From Bacteriovoracaceae bacterium (GTDB taxonomy: Bacteria; Bdellovibrionota; Bacteriovoracia; Bacteriovoracales; Bacteriovoracaceae), in contig JABIHA010000020.1 in NCBI GenBank assembly GCA_018649885.1, forward strand, positions 1 through 64,000: DNA of 64,000 nt, in the 5' to 3' direction. Position numbers and translations under genes: made by a program. A model generated the notes under the pieces. The model made no database searches and had not been told where the DNA came from. It saw only the letters and a program-made list of their open reading frames with translations. This document shows positions 40,495 to 49,644 of this stretch, piece by piece (position 1 is the stretch's first letter; every line of letters starts with the position of its first letter).

Positions 40495-41886
40495 TTAACA
40501 ACTAAAATAGACCTTTTCGCGTCCCTGTATTTTGTGATCAAGGAGACCTTTCTCCAATAGGGATTTGATTTTTCTGTGAGCAGAGATCTCAGAAATACCA
40601 TAAAATGCCGCAAAATCTTTTTTCTTGAATTCACTGTGTTTCTTAAAAATTTGAAGTGCATATTCAGCAGAAAAATCTATTCCCACATGCGAGAACAAAT
40701 TCCCTTCAAGAAGTAGGAGATGTCGCACTTGAGATAGATCCAGGGAGTATTTGTTCTTTAACCTAGTGCACATTGAATAAATTCTTCTGACATTGGATTC
40801 AATTGTAAAAATTCCATCAGGCCAGAGTATATTTGATAGATTAATCAGGCTAACTCCCACATCACCGGCCTGATAAACATATTGCAAAAGCTTTAATTCC
40901 TGAGGTATGGGATGATGAAAGATACCATCAATGCACACTTCATCACTGTGAGGAAAAAATTTGATAGTGGCACCTTCAAAACCTGGTGAAAGCTTCATCT
41001 CGGTTTTCAACTCAAAGGCCAATTTGGAGCCAGGATAATTATGAAGAGTAAACTTCTCTATATCAGGCAATTTCCCGATGGAATTAAATTGATAGAAAAA
41101 ACTAAGCCTTTCAAAAATACCGCCCTTAAATCCAGACAGCACTTCATTAACACAAGCATCACATTCATCTTCCAGCTTCAAGTGGTACCAACTTATAGCT
41201 TGATAGGCTTTAGTACAATAGTACTCACTAGTGCCGTATCCAATTTTCTCAGAATCAAGAATTGTATTACCTAAATCTACTAATTTTTGCCACTGCTCGG
41301 TTGCATTATAAAGTCGCAAATACTGAATTTTCAGGCCTTCTCTAAAAAAATCGTACTTTTTCAGGTAACACATCACCTCTTCGCATTTTGAATAGTCTTT
41401 TTGACTTATGAGTATCATGCTATAGCGAAGAAGCTGCATAGGATTTTCAACTTCATCTTTTTTCAGCCAAACTTCATCGAGCATTTCTACAGCACGATCG
41501 AACTCACCAGAAAACCAAAAAAATGAAGCAATAAAGACAATCTCCTCATGTGCTATTGGTTCAAAGTGCTCAATCAATCGCCTGGTATATCCCCAAGCTC
41601 CCAAGAGAGTATAGGACTTAATTAGTAGGAATATATCCCGTCCATTTTCAGTTTTTGTATTGTAGGTAGCACTAAGATCTGGATTGGTATTAATATATTT
41701 AAGGGCCTTGACAAGGCCTCCCCCCCTATTCGAACCCAAGTGCAAGACAAGCCTAAATAATCCATCTTTAACATTGGTAGTTCTAGGAAGTTTTTTTAAC
41801 TCTCGAAGTTCAAGTTTGACGCTATCAAACTCTTTTTTTGACAAGAGAGATCCAATACTCTCAATTAAATCATCTGCTCTACCCAT
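40495..41886 (-). CDS. TPR-repeat protein with C-terminal winged-HTH domains (putative regulator)
   Basis: Helical repeats, OmpR-like wHTH (QELKLLQY...LSNILWPD...RLK), terminal HTH (FAAFYGISEISAHRKIKSLLEKGLL..QGREKVY). Confidence 0.7.
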   Translation of the reverse strand: MGRADDLIESIGSLLSKKEFDSVKLELRELKKLPRTTNVKDGLFRLVLHLGSNRGGGLVKALKYINTNPDLSATYNTKTENGRDIFLLIKSYTLLGAWGYTRRLIEHFEPIAHEEIVFIASFFWFSGEFDRAVEMLDEVWLKKDEVENPMQLLRYSMILISQKDYSKCEEVMCYLKKYDFFREGLKIQYLRLYNATEQWQKLVDLGNTILDSEKIGYGTSEYYCTKAYQAISWYHLKLEDECDACVNEVLSGFKGGIFERLSFFYQFNSIGKLPDIEKFTLHNYPGSKLAFELKTEMKLSPGFEGATIKFFPHSDEVCIDGIFHHPIPQELKLLQYVYQAGDVGVSLINLSNILWPDGIFTIESNVRRIYSMCTRLKNKYSLDLSQVRHLLLLEGNLFSHVGIDFSAEYALQIFKKHSEFKKKDFAAFYGISEISAHRKIKSLLEKGLLDHKIQGREKVYFSC

Positions 41887-42103
41887 AGAAAAATTGTAGT
41901 CGATTTAAATACTTATTGTAAGAAGAACTTGATAAAAGGTACTAGAAGATTACAGACCGAATTAATCATAACACTTTTGTAAATTGGAAAAGTTAACCCA
42001 GTGGTATAAAATTTGTGGACCTTGCTACAGATTAGATATTGTTGACCCCTTACCCATTTAAATTATAATAAAATTATAAACTACAACACTTTATTGGATA
42101 GTT

Positions 42104-42784
42104 ATGCTCAGATATACTCGTACCGCTTCTTTTTTAGCTCTTTTCTCTCTAATTCTATCAGGCTGTTTTTCTGGCGGGGATTCTGATAATCAATTAATTG
42201 ATGAAATTCAAAGTGCAAAAAAAGCAGCTCAAAAGCCGCTTCCACCCAAGGTGATTGTAAAACCCAAGGCCCTGGACAAAGTTGTCTCTGCTCAATTTTT
42301 TCATGATGTCCCTGGGCTTAAACTTAAGATGAATAAGACAAGTAAAAGTGCGTTAGATGGATTTACTATTTTAGATTCAATAAAAAAAGAAAATATTGCT
42401 TCAGACTTAAAGTATATTGGGCACCTCAACCTAAATAGCAACCTTCGGTTTGTCATATTCTCAGGGAACTCTTGTACCAATTGTAAAAATCCTCAGAAGC
42501 TCTACATTTTTGATTTTATTTCCGAGGAAATTCTTACTTTTCCGGCTCCAGGAGTGAAGACACACCACAAGCTTCATGTGTGGGGAGGTCGCTGTAGTCC
42601 AGATCTGCGATTTCACTTTCTCTTTTGGAAGGATGATCAAAGCGAAGCCACAATTGTTAATATTAAAAAAGGTGGTGTTAAAGAGGAAACCTCAGTCAGT
42701 TTTGGTAAAAAAGAGCTTGAGAGTTTTAAACATCACATCAGCGCTAATCAATGCTTTCCAATAACTGTTGAACACACCATGTAA
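42104..42784 (+). CDS. hypothetical lipoprotein
   Basis: Lipobox LSGC, CxxC (CTNC). Confidence 0.75.
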   Translation: MLRYTRTASFLALFSLILSGCFSGGDSDNQLIDEIQSAKKAAQKPLPPKVIVKPKALDKVVSAQFFHDVPGLKLKMNKTSKSALDGFTILDSIKKENIASDLKYIGHLNLNSNLRFVIFSGNSCTNCKNPQKLYIFDFISEEILTFPAPGVKTHHKLHVWGGRCSPDLRFHFLFWKDDQSEATIVNIKKGGVKEETSVSFGKKELESFKHHISANQCFPITVEHTM

Positions 42785-42816
42785 TTCGATATTCAAAACC
42801 CTGAAAAATACCAAGA

Positions 42817-43086
42817 CTAAAAGTTAGCAGGAATCGCTTTGTAATAAATTAAAAAATTGAATATTAAGTTGGAAAACACTATTTTTTTGATCTTTACTGG
42901 TATTTTTTGAAAGGTTGGACACTTTTGCACTAAACTAAGCTTTCCTATTTTATTTAAAATATTGCTTAGGTAGGTGGAGCTAAGACCCAAGTCACTTGAA
43001 AACTTTCTGAGGCTATATTTTGAATCAATCATCTTACGATGATTTAATTCTGTTTTAAGGAGATCTAAGTAGTTAATTGCCGCCAT
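42817..43086 (-). pseudogene. truncated TIGR02147-like HTH gene
   Basis: KYSLRKFSSDLGLSSTYLSNILN aligns with the HTH at 692. Similarity stops after about 52 aa. Confidence 0.55.
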
Positions 43087-43130
43087 AAAAATTCCTATTG
43101 GTATTGAATAAGATTAACTCTCTGTGGTTT

Positions 43131-43434
43131 TTAAGTATCGTGCCGTTCATCAACAAGTCGACATACTTCAAACTCCTCACGATCAATAGCAGGGTGTTTT
43201 TTAGGAAATGAATCAGTGATATCAACAACCTCACAAAAGCAAAGTTTTGAGCTTGCACTTTGCGATTGACGCTCATCACATTCTTCAGGAGGCATATAAA
43301 TTGTTGTTACGAGTTTATTAAAGTCATTTCCTGTGATATTTTTCCCGGTATCATCTCCATCAAATTCACCGCAAAATATACTTGATGAAATGAAAATAGA
43401 AAATAGAAAATAATATGATGAAGTACCTATTCAT
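43131..43434 (-). pseudogene. secreted Cys-containing protein frameshifted by one extra 7-bp repeat unit
   Basis: AGGGGG RBS and ATG 43434. Deleting one GAAAATA unit gives a 98-aa ORF MNRYFIILFSIFISSSIFCGEFDGDD...CRLVDERHDT ending at TAA 43131. Confidence 0.65.
43392..43412. repeat. simple sequence repeat (GAAAATA)x3
   Basis: Three perfect tandem heptamers inside the signal-peptide coding region. Confidence 0.9.
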
Positions 43435-43738
43435 TTTTAAACCCCCTATAAATTTCATGGTAATTACCAATTGACTGACGATTCTATCAAATAACTAAAG
43501 CAAAATAGTTCTAGTGAAAAATAGCTACAGTTAAGTTTAAATTGTCTATTTTCTATACGTTTACAAAGATCTTACTTCGTAAACCATATAGCAAACTCTT
43601 CTAAAACAGGGCCCATTTAGGTATAAAGACTATTTTTCCTTAAGTATAAGAATTCTTTATTTGAGTAATTTTAGATTTACTCCGAAATCCAACCTAAGTT
43701 ATATCTACCGATTTAGCACTTAATCTCTAGGAGTATAA

Positions 43739-44134
43739 ATGAAGTTCTTAATTATTGATGATAACCGAGAAGTTCAAACAGTATTGAGAGATGTATTAGA
43801 GCTAGCAGATGATTTTTCTCAAGCTGAAATTCATCTTGCTAGTGATGGTCTTGAAGCTTTTGATAAAATGAAAGAAGTAAAATATGACATTTTATTTATT
43901 GATATCCATATGCCGTTTATGGACGGAAGAAGCCTGCTCAAAGCAAAATATGAAAAACCTAATCTAAATAAAGATACTCCTGCTATTGTTATTTCAGGAG
44001 ACTCTACCAATTTGAATATTGGTGAAATTGAAGATAATGTTATCATTTTGAATAAACCATTTTCTTTAGAACGTGTCTGTAGAGTGACTAAGCTGATGTT
44101 AGAAAAAAAACAAATTCCTCGTAAAGTTTCGTAG
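43739..44134 (+). CDS. single-domain CheY-like response regulator
   Basis: LIIDD, DGLEA, FIDIHMPFMDG, ISG, KPF. Confidence 0.92.
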   Translation: MKFLIIDDNREVQTVLRDVLELADDFSQAEIHLASDGLEAFDKMKEVKYDILFIDIHMPFMDGRSLLKAKYEKPNLNKDTPAIVISGDSTNLNIGEIEDNVIILNKPFSLERVCRVTKLMLEKKQIPRKVS

Positions 44135-44217
44135 TATAAAACTGCTTCATCTTTAACTTCATTTCTAAATTAATATTATTTTATATTGAGAATAAATGAC
44201 ACGAAAAATCAAAATCT

Positions 44218-44343
44218 AGCGAAAAGGGAAACTCAAGTATTCAAAATGGCTTTAATACTGCTGCAAAATGCCAAGAAGTACTTGGTAAAGTTGTTGAAAA
44301 ATCATCACTAGTAAACCAGATGATGGATGATATGCAAGTTGCT
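44218..44343 (+). pseudogene. methyl-accepting chemotaxis protein remnant
   Basis: Start-less frame SEKGNSSIQNGFNTAAKCQEVLGKVVEKSSLVNQMMDDMQVA resembles an MCP signalling helix. Confidence 0.4.
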
Positions 44344-44506
44344 TTTTTCAATCAACTATTTTGTATCTTTCATTCGAGGCCAAAAAACCTAATCCCAAAG
44401 ATCCTTTATAGTAATCAAGATATTCTTTCTTTCTAATTTTTCTCATTTTCAATAGCTACACCTGGGTAAATGATCCAAGAGATGATCTTCAATATAGGGA
44501 GGAAAT

Positions 44507-45349
44507 ATGAATAAAGCTTTTACATTTAAAAACTGTGGCTGGCTTATTGCCGTGCTGCTTTTTAGTTCGCTTTCTGCTTCTTTTTCCTATGCAGGCTCAG
44601 CGCGTTCATCTTCGATCACACACTGGAATGGTGAGTGTTCCGGAGGCACCAGAACGTGGTGGGATGATATGTGCATGGCATGGCGAAAAAGAATGGGTAG
44701 TAAGGGATGGAGTCAGTGGTGGGTTAACTATCACTTAGTCAGGGTTGGTCGTTACGTAGATCCAACAATTGCAGCATGGGGACAAGATAAGTGGAACCTC
44801 GATGGAGGAGACGCAGCTTTAATGTGTACCCATGGTGGATATGATGAAAATGGATGGTACGGAGTGATGCACACCAAAGATCACGGACAATGTCGTCTCA
44901 ATGTCTCAGACATGAAAATTGGACCCTACTTAGGTAATGGGAAAAACCGCTTCTGGCATATGTCTTCTTGTAACAGTATTCGTTGGAACCTACTTGGTAA
45001 ATGGTGGGGACCCGCTGCAGGCAGAGTTCATGTGATCACAGGCTTTCACGGCTATATGTATATTGGTAGTAAGTACGTCGGTGAGTACCGAGATTTGGCC
45101 AAATACGGATTTAGCAGTAAAGGCGTAGGAAAAGTCTGGCGAGATAAAATGCACCATGTACACCACTGGTACAATTCTTGGAAAACCGTATGTCCGATCT
45201 CTTTAGGATTTGGTTATTCCCGGGCCACCTCTGCTAATGCTCTCAATGAGAAATACAAGTGGGCCTATAGCAACAAGAATCCCAACTGGATGACTTACAC
45301 ATGGAAATCCGGGTGTGACCCAACAGGAGGTCCCAAGCTTCCTAATTAG
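44507..45349 (+). CDS. secreted DUF6345-like protein (caspase/CD-clan-like His-Cys dyad)
   Basis: Signal peptide, ALMCTHGG, WHMSSCNSI, HVITGFHG, 21 Trp in 280 aa, GGAGG RBS. Confidence 0.65.
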   Translation: MNKAFTFKNCGWLIAVLLFSSLSASFSYAGSARSSSITHWNGECSGGTRTWWDDMCMAWRKRMGSKGWSQWWVNYHLVRVGRYVDPTIAAWGQDKWNLDGGDAALMCTHGGYDENGWYGVMHTKDHGQCRLNVSDMKIGPYLGNGKNRFWHMSSCNSIRWNLLGKWWGPAAGRVHVITGFHGYMYIGSKYVGEYRDLAKYGFSSKGVGKVWRDKMHHVHHWYNSWKTVCPISLGFGYSRATSANALNEKYKWAYSNKNPNWMTYTWKSGCDPTGGPKLPN

Positions 45350-45391
45350 AAAAAAGGTTAGTTTGAGTGAACTCTAAAAAGGAGAATTGAT

Positions 45392-46354
45392 ATGTGGAAA
45401 TATATTTTAATTATTCTAACAACATTGGTGGCCGTCTCGGCACACGCTGAAAATGATTTGGGAACCAGAAAAGAGGTATCTGAAAAGTTTAATCGCGAAT
45501 ACGACCAAGCCGTTGTAGAGGCGTTTCCAAGCTTTAAAAGCGCGGTGATCCAAAGACGGCTTCAAAGTATTCAGAAAAAATATCTGAGAGGATTTGATCC
45601 CTTAAAGATTAAAAACTTCACTACTCTTCAGAAGACTTTCCGATTTCCAATCCAGGACATAAGGCCAGGACAAACTTTTGTGGAAAAAGAAAAAGTCTTT
45701 GCCTATGAGCTCGATCGTAGTTCAGGGAGACTCTATATTCACAAGAATATGGAAAAAGTGCCTCCTATGAAAAAGATTTTGGCGCAACGGCAATTGAAGC
45801 AGGTCAAAAAACAACACGATCAACTCATGACACGCCTTGGAATTGATCGCAGCCAACTTCTCTTTACTGAGACCAACTTTATGCTACTGCAAACTGGTCC
45901 GGCTCCAGGAGGCAATCAAAGGCCAAGTGCAGTCATGGTGGATTCTTTTTTCACCTACGCCGTAAGAGCAATCGATGGTCTGATGGTAGACGGAAGTTTT
46001 GTAAGGCTTAATTCTAAAAATGCTAAAACTCTTTACGGAGTAGACATTACCTGGCCAAAGTTTAGCTTTCATCCAGCACTTAAAAACTTTGAGCTTAAAA
46101 AGAATCAACTTCTCATTGGCGAGATTAGTAGAATCGTTAACCAAACTATGGTTAAAGGCGATAAGATCAATGTCAAAATGGCAATGGTCTTACGACCTGT
46201 CTGGACAGGCAGGACTCTTCACTATATTCCGTCCATGAAAGTAGGTGTCCACTCTGGCAAAGGAGAGGCGGGAAATATGTTCTACGTAGATGTACTCAAA
46301 CAAAGAGTCAAATACGATGTCAGGGCAAATAAAGACAGTTCTGAAGGACATTAG
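45392..46354 (+). CDS. secreted hypothetical protein, partner of the upstream gene
   Basis: AGGAG RBS, signal ending SAHA. C-terminal LRPVW...FYVD resembles PepSY/YycH-type tails. Confidence 0.75.
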   Translation: MWKYILIILTTLVAVSAHAENDLGTRKEVSEKFNREYDQAVVEAFPSFKSAVIQRRLQSIQKKYLRGFDPLKIKNFTTLQKTFRFPIQDIRPGQTFVEKEKVFAYELDRSSGRLYIHKNMEKVPPMKKILAQRQLKQVKKQHDQLMTRLGIDRSQLLFTETNFMLLQTGPAPGGNQRPSAVMVDSFFTYAVRAIDGLMVDGSFVRLNSKNAKTLYGVDITWPKFSFHPALKNFELKKNQLLIGEISRIVNQTMVKGDKINVKMAMVLRPVWTGRTLHYIPSMKVGVHSGKGEAGNMFYVDVLKQRVKYDVRANKDSSEGH

Positions 46355-46366
46355 AGCATTTCACAA

Positions 46367-46401
46367 AATAAGGGACCCTATATTTTGTAGGGTCTTTTAT
46401 T
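46367..46401. terminator. bidirectional intrinsic terminator
   Basis: AATAAGGGACCCTA...TAGGGTCTTTTATT between convergent genes. Confidence 0.8.
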
Positions 46402-46753
46402 CTTCATATTGATTTTTTATATCAATAATTTTGCAGTCAACTTCTTGCCCATCACTATCCAAAATTCTTTTGGTAAGAACATAGTCAACAGCGCCACCAG
46501 ACATACCGCAAGTCAGTGTCACTTCCCATAGCTCACCTTTTTGACTAAAAGAAATTTGCTCACCATCCATATTCGTACCAATCAAGGTATGGGCCAAATA
46601 GTCGCCTTTATAATCGGGCATGATAGTGTAGCACTGTGGAAGATAGCTTTTGACAACTTCACCCTTACAAACATCAAGGACCGGATCCCCTAAGGCCCAA
46701 GCATTAGTGGCGATAACGAGGGTTAAAAGAGTGGAAAATGTTAATTTTTTCAT
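46397..46753 (-). CDS. secreted hypothetical protein
   Basis: ATG 46753 after GGAG, signal ending NAWA, 4 Cys. Confidence 0.75.
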   Translation of the reverse strand: MKKLTFSTLLTLVIATNAWALGDPVLDVCKGEVVKSYLPQCYTIMPDYKGDYLAHTLIGTNMDGEQISFSQKGELWEVTLTCGMSGGAVDYVLTKRILDSDGQEVDCKIIDIKNQYEE

Positions 46754-46922
46754 ATGAGAGCTCCAGTTGAGTTTGGTGGAAGTTAGCTCCATATACCAGA
46801 TGTTAAAAGTGAATCTTTCTAATATTCTAGATTCGTTTTAATCATCATAGGGATAATCAATAGTTTAGAGTTATTAGCATGGATGGAATTGGCCCCAATA
46901 GATATATTGAGGCCTATATTTC

Positions 46923-47639
46923 TTAATCTTGTAGGGATTCTAATTTTCTTTTCTTTTTGCCAAGTTTTTTTCTAACTCTTCTTTCCTGTCCAACAGAAAT
47001 ATTTTTATTTTCAAGTAGTCGTTCAAGATCAGAGATTTTGTCTTCAAGTCTTCTTCTTCTTTCCTCTTTACTCGGGAGTAGATTACCAAGAACTTCAAGA
47101 CTGACAACAACGCCATCACTTGAACCTGCAATACCATTTACAGCATGACATTCTTCGATGGGACAATGCATTCTGGCATTGCCAGTTTGTGCCATACAAA
47201 GTTTCTGTGCATAAACCTCTGCCTCAGAACGCGTTGGTGCTTCTGAAATATAAGTGCCATTACCAAGAAAAGGTCCTTCAGCACGACATGAATAGTGAGT
47301 TCCCGATGAGAAGTAAACACCTAGATTCCCACCTCTAGAAGTAATTGTGATAACTGGTCTGGCCTGCTCAAATGCAATTGGCTCACAGCTAGCGCTATCA
47401 CAATGCATAGAGTGGTTTCCTGTTTCTGCCTTACAATTGCGAATTGCATTGTCTCTAGCGGCAGTTTGATCAGTTCCATATCCTAGAGTTGGTGCCTCAG
47501 AAAAAGAGGGCTCAACTTTACAAACAAATCCCCTATTGAAGTCTAAGGTATAACTACTTCCTACAACTTTAAAATCAAGACTTACTTGGGCAAAAGCAGA
47601 AGCGCTAAAGCATAGTAATAAAAGTGACAGTTTTCTCAT
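46923..47639 (-). CDS. secreted protein with two Cys-rich repeats and a basic coiled-coil tail
   Basis: Signal ending SAFA. Repeats C...CKAETGNHSMHC...C and C...CMAQTGNARMHC...C. Confidence 0.8.
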   Translation of the reverse strand: MRKLSLLLLCFSASAFAQVSLDFKVVGSSYTLDFNRGFVCKVEPSFSEAPTLGYGTDQTAARDNAIRNCKAETGNHSMHCDSASCEPIAFEQARPVITITSRGGNLGVYFSSGTHYSCRAEGPFLGNGTYISEAPTRSEAEVYAQKLCMAQTGNARMHCPIEECHAVNGIAGSSDGVVVSLEVLGNLLPSKEERRRRLEDKISDLERLLENKNISVGQERRVRKKLGKKKRKLESLQD

Positions 47640-47691
47640 TAAGTGATCCCTTTGTTAGTATCTATCGAATTTTTGTAATCATGATATATAG

Positions 47692-47707
47692 AGCAAGTTT
47701 GATGCCA
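47692..47707 (-). promoter_or_regulatory. sigma54 -24/-12 promoter candidate
   Basis: Minus strand TGGCATCAAACTTGCT, near consensus, about 52 nt upstream of ATG 47639. Confidence 0.68.
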
Positions 47708-47819
47708 CATTTTCGAGAGAAAACAGGGAAATGGTGATGCAATACTGTTAACAACCTAAACAACTGCTAATTTTGTTCTATTCAAATTAAATTTATTTAA
47801 CGTAAAGTGGGAATTAGTC

Positions 47820-48755
47820 TTACAGCCTTATTTTGGCAAATATTGGCAGGTGATCACTTCCAACAGAGTCACCAACAAAAAATTCAGCCGTTTCAATATT
47901 TTTTGAATGAAAGATATAATCAAGCTTAATACCTAGAGGAAATAATAAACCCTGCGGCCATGTGAATTTAGGCCCATACCCTTTATTGGTGTCTATAAGT
48001 GTCGCACCTTTGATAAAAGAAAAGTAGCGACGACACCATGGTGTCATATTTAAGTCCCCCATCAAAACTTTGTACTTTGATTTACTATCTTTGATGGTTT
48101 TTTGAAATAAAGAGAATTGGTCATTTCTAATTTTATAGAGCTCTCCACTTGCTGGCGGAAATGGATGAACGGCCATAATAAAGATTTCTTTGTTTTTCAC
48201 TTCAATGGTACCAGAATAATAAGGTACATCAAAAGCCGATTTTTCTGCAACTTTAGATAAGTCGAATTTTGATAGAATCATAATCCCGAAATTATCTGAT
48301 CTTGTAACCTTCTTAATGTAAGGGTATTTCTTGGTCACTACTTTTAGATTGTCAGACCAGCTTTTACTTATTTCAAGCAGTGTCACAAAATCGGGATCAT
48401 TGTTAATTATAAATTCTTCAACTGCCTGGTAGTTTTGATTACTCACTAAAACATTAATTTCAGCAAACTTCACCATGTGAGAGTTGGCATCAGAGTAAAA
48501 AGGTAAAAATAAGTGCCCGAAGTAGAAAATATTAACCACAGAGGCAATTGTGCTCACTAGCGCCCACTTCTTCTTTTTTAAAACCATAAAACCCACGCTT
48601 GCCAGCACCAGGCTTACAAAATATTGAACCCTAAAGTGTTCAAAGAGCTCAAATCTCCAATCCATATTCCCAAACAGACTCAGCAGCTCAGAGATAAGTA
48701 CTATAACAGTGCAAACTCTAATGACTCTAAAAAGTAGCTCCGGAATATTTTTCAT
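47820..48755 (-). CDS. membrane-anchored endonuclease/exonuclease/phosphatase (EEP) protein
   Basis: N-terminal TM helices, PDFVTLLE, HPFPP, GDLNMTPW, LDYIF, GSDHLP. Confidence 0.9.
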   Translation of the reverse strand: MKNIPELLFRVIRVCTVIVLISELLSLFGNMDWRFELFEHFRVQYFVSLVLASVGFMVLKKKKWALVSTIASVVNIFYFGHLFLPFYSDANSHMVKFAEINVLVSNQNYQAVEEFIINNDPDFVTLLEISKSWSDNLKVVTKKYPYIKKVTRSDNFGIMILSKFDLSKVAEKSAFDVPYYSGTIEVKNKEIFIMAVHPFPPASGELYKIRNDQFSLFQKTIKDSKSKYKVLMGDLNMTPWCRRYFSFIKGATLIDTNKGYGPKFTWPQGLLFPLGIKLDYIFHSKNIETAEFFVGDSVGSDHLPIFAKIRL

Positions 48756-48993
48756 TTTCTCCAAATTGTCAGCGTAGGTTACATCTTAACCATTTTTACT
48801 GCTTCCAGCAATTTATTGATGCAAGGGAGGTGTATGATCTTAATTAAAAATGTTGAAATAGGCACCCTCCCCCATTCAGATTGAAATTTGGCCATAAGTA
48901 TTCCATTAATTATGATCCAATATTTTCACAACTACCTATACTTTCATAGTCTTATTGATAGGCTCAATTACAATCAAGGCCCAAGGAGACAAA

Positions 48994-49500
48994 ATGAACA
49001 CAAAAACCCTAATGCAATTGATGGTGATATCAGCTTTATTTCTTTCAATGTCAGCATGGTCATCAAGAAACAAAACCATTACCAAGTCAGACATAAGAGA
49101 TATGCTCCAAATTCTCCCCGTTGGTGCTTACTACGGCGAAGGTAATTGCAGTGTAGAAATAACCTACCGCGAAGAAGGCGCTGAAGCTTTCAGGTACGGG
49201 ATAAGTGTAGATGGAGTCGGTTGGCTCGATTCTCATGCACATTACAACTATCCAAAAGCGGATCACATAAAAGTTAAAAGAAAGAAAATCAACCTTGAAA
49301 AAGAAGAGATAAAGCTTAAATACACCAGCCAATTTGGTGAGCTACCCAAAAGTGTTTTCAAGATCGAGATCAAAAAAGTTGGCGAAAAACTTTACTCTAT
49401 TTACGTTTTTAATAATGTGGTGAGTGCAAATATATTCAAGGCCTTTGGTGGTGACGGTAGCGGAATGAAAGGGCATTGTAAAAATATAGTTAAGAACTAG
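48994..49500 (+). CDS. secreted hypothetical protein
   Basis: AGGAG RBS before ATG 48994, signal ending SAWS. Confidence 0.75.
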   Translation: MNTKTLMQLMVISALFLSMSAWSSRNKTITKSDIRDMLQILPVGAYYGEGNCSVEITYREEGAEAFRYGISVDGVGWLDSHAHYNYPKADHIKVKRKKINLEKEEIKLKYTSQFGELPKSVFKIEIKKVGEKLYSIYVFNNVVSANIFKAFGGDGSGMKGHCKNIVKN

Positions 49501-49596
49501 ATCCCGCGGCCGTTTAACTTCCTTCATACCTGGGTAATTATTATAGTGATTTAGATCATTTAGCATTTTATTTCAAATACTTACGCCCCAGTCTTT

Positions 49597-49612
49597 CGGC
49601 AGCTGCCTTGCT
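49597..49612 (+). promoter_or_regulatory. sigma54 -24/-12 promoter candidate for the Omp85 operon
   Basis: CGGCAGCTGCCTTGCT (GG-N10-GC with TTGCT), 33 nt upstream of ATG 49645. Confidence 0.5.
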
Positions 49613-49644
49613 CTTTAAAGGGCAAAGCAAGGGGCGTGTACAAC

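Noticed and set aside
43073..43279. 68-aa minus-strand ORF from the track
   Set aside because: An alternative frame of the frameshifted gene 43131-43434, which has the RBS and signal peptide.
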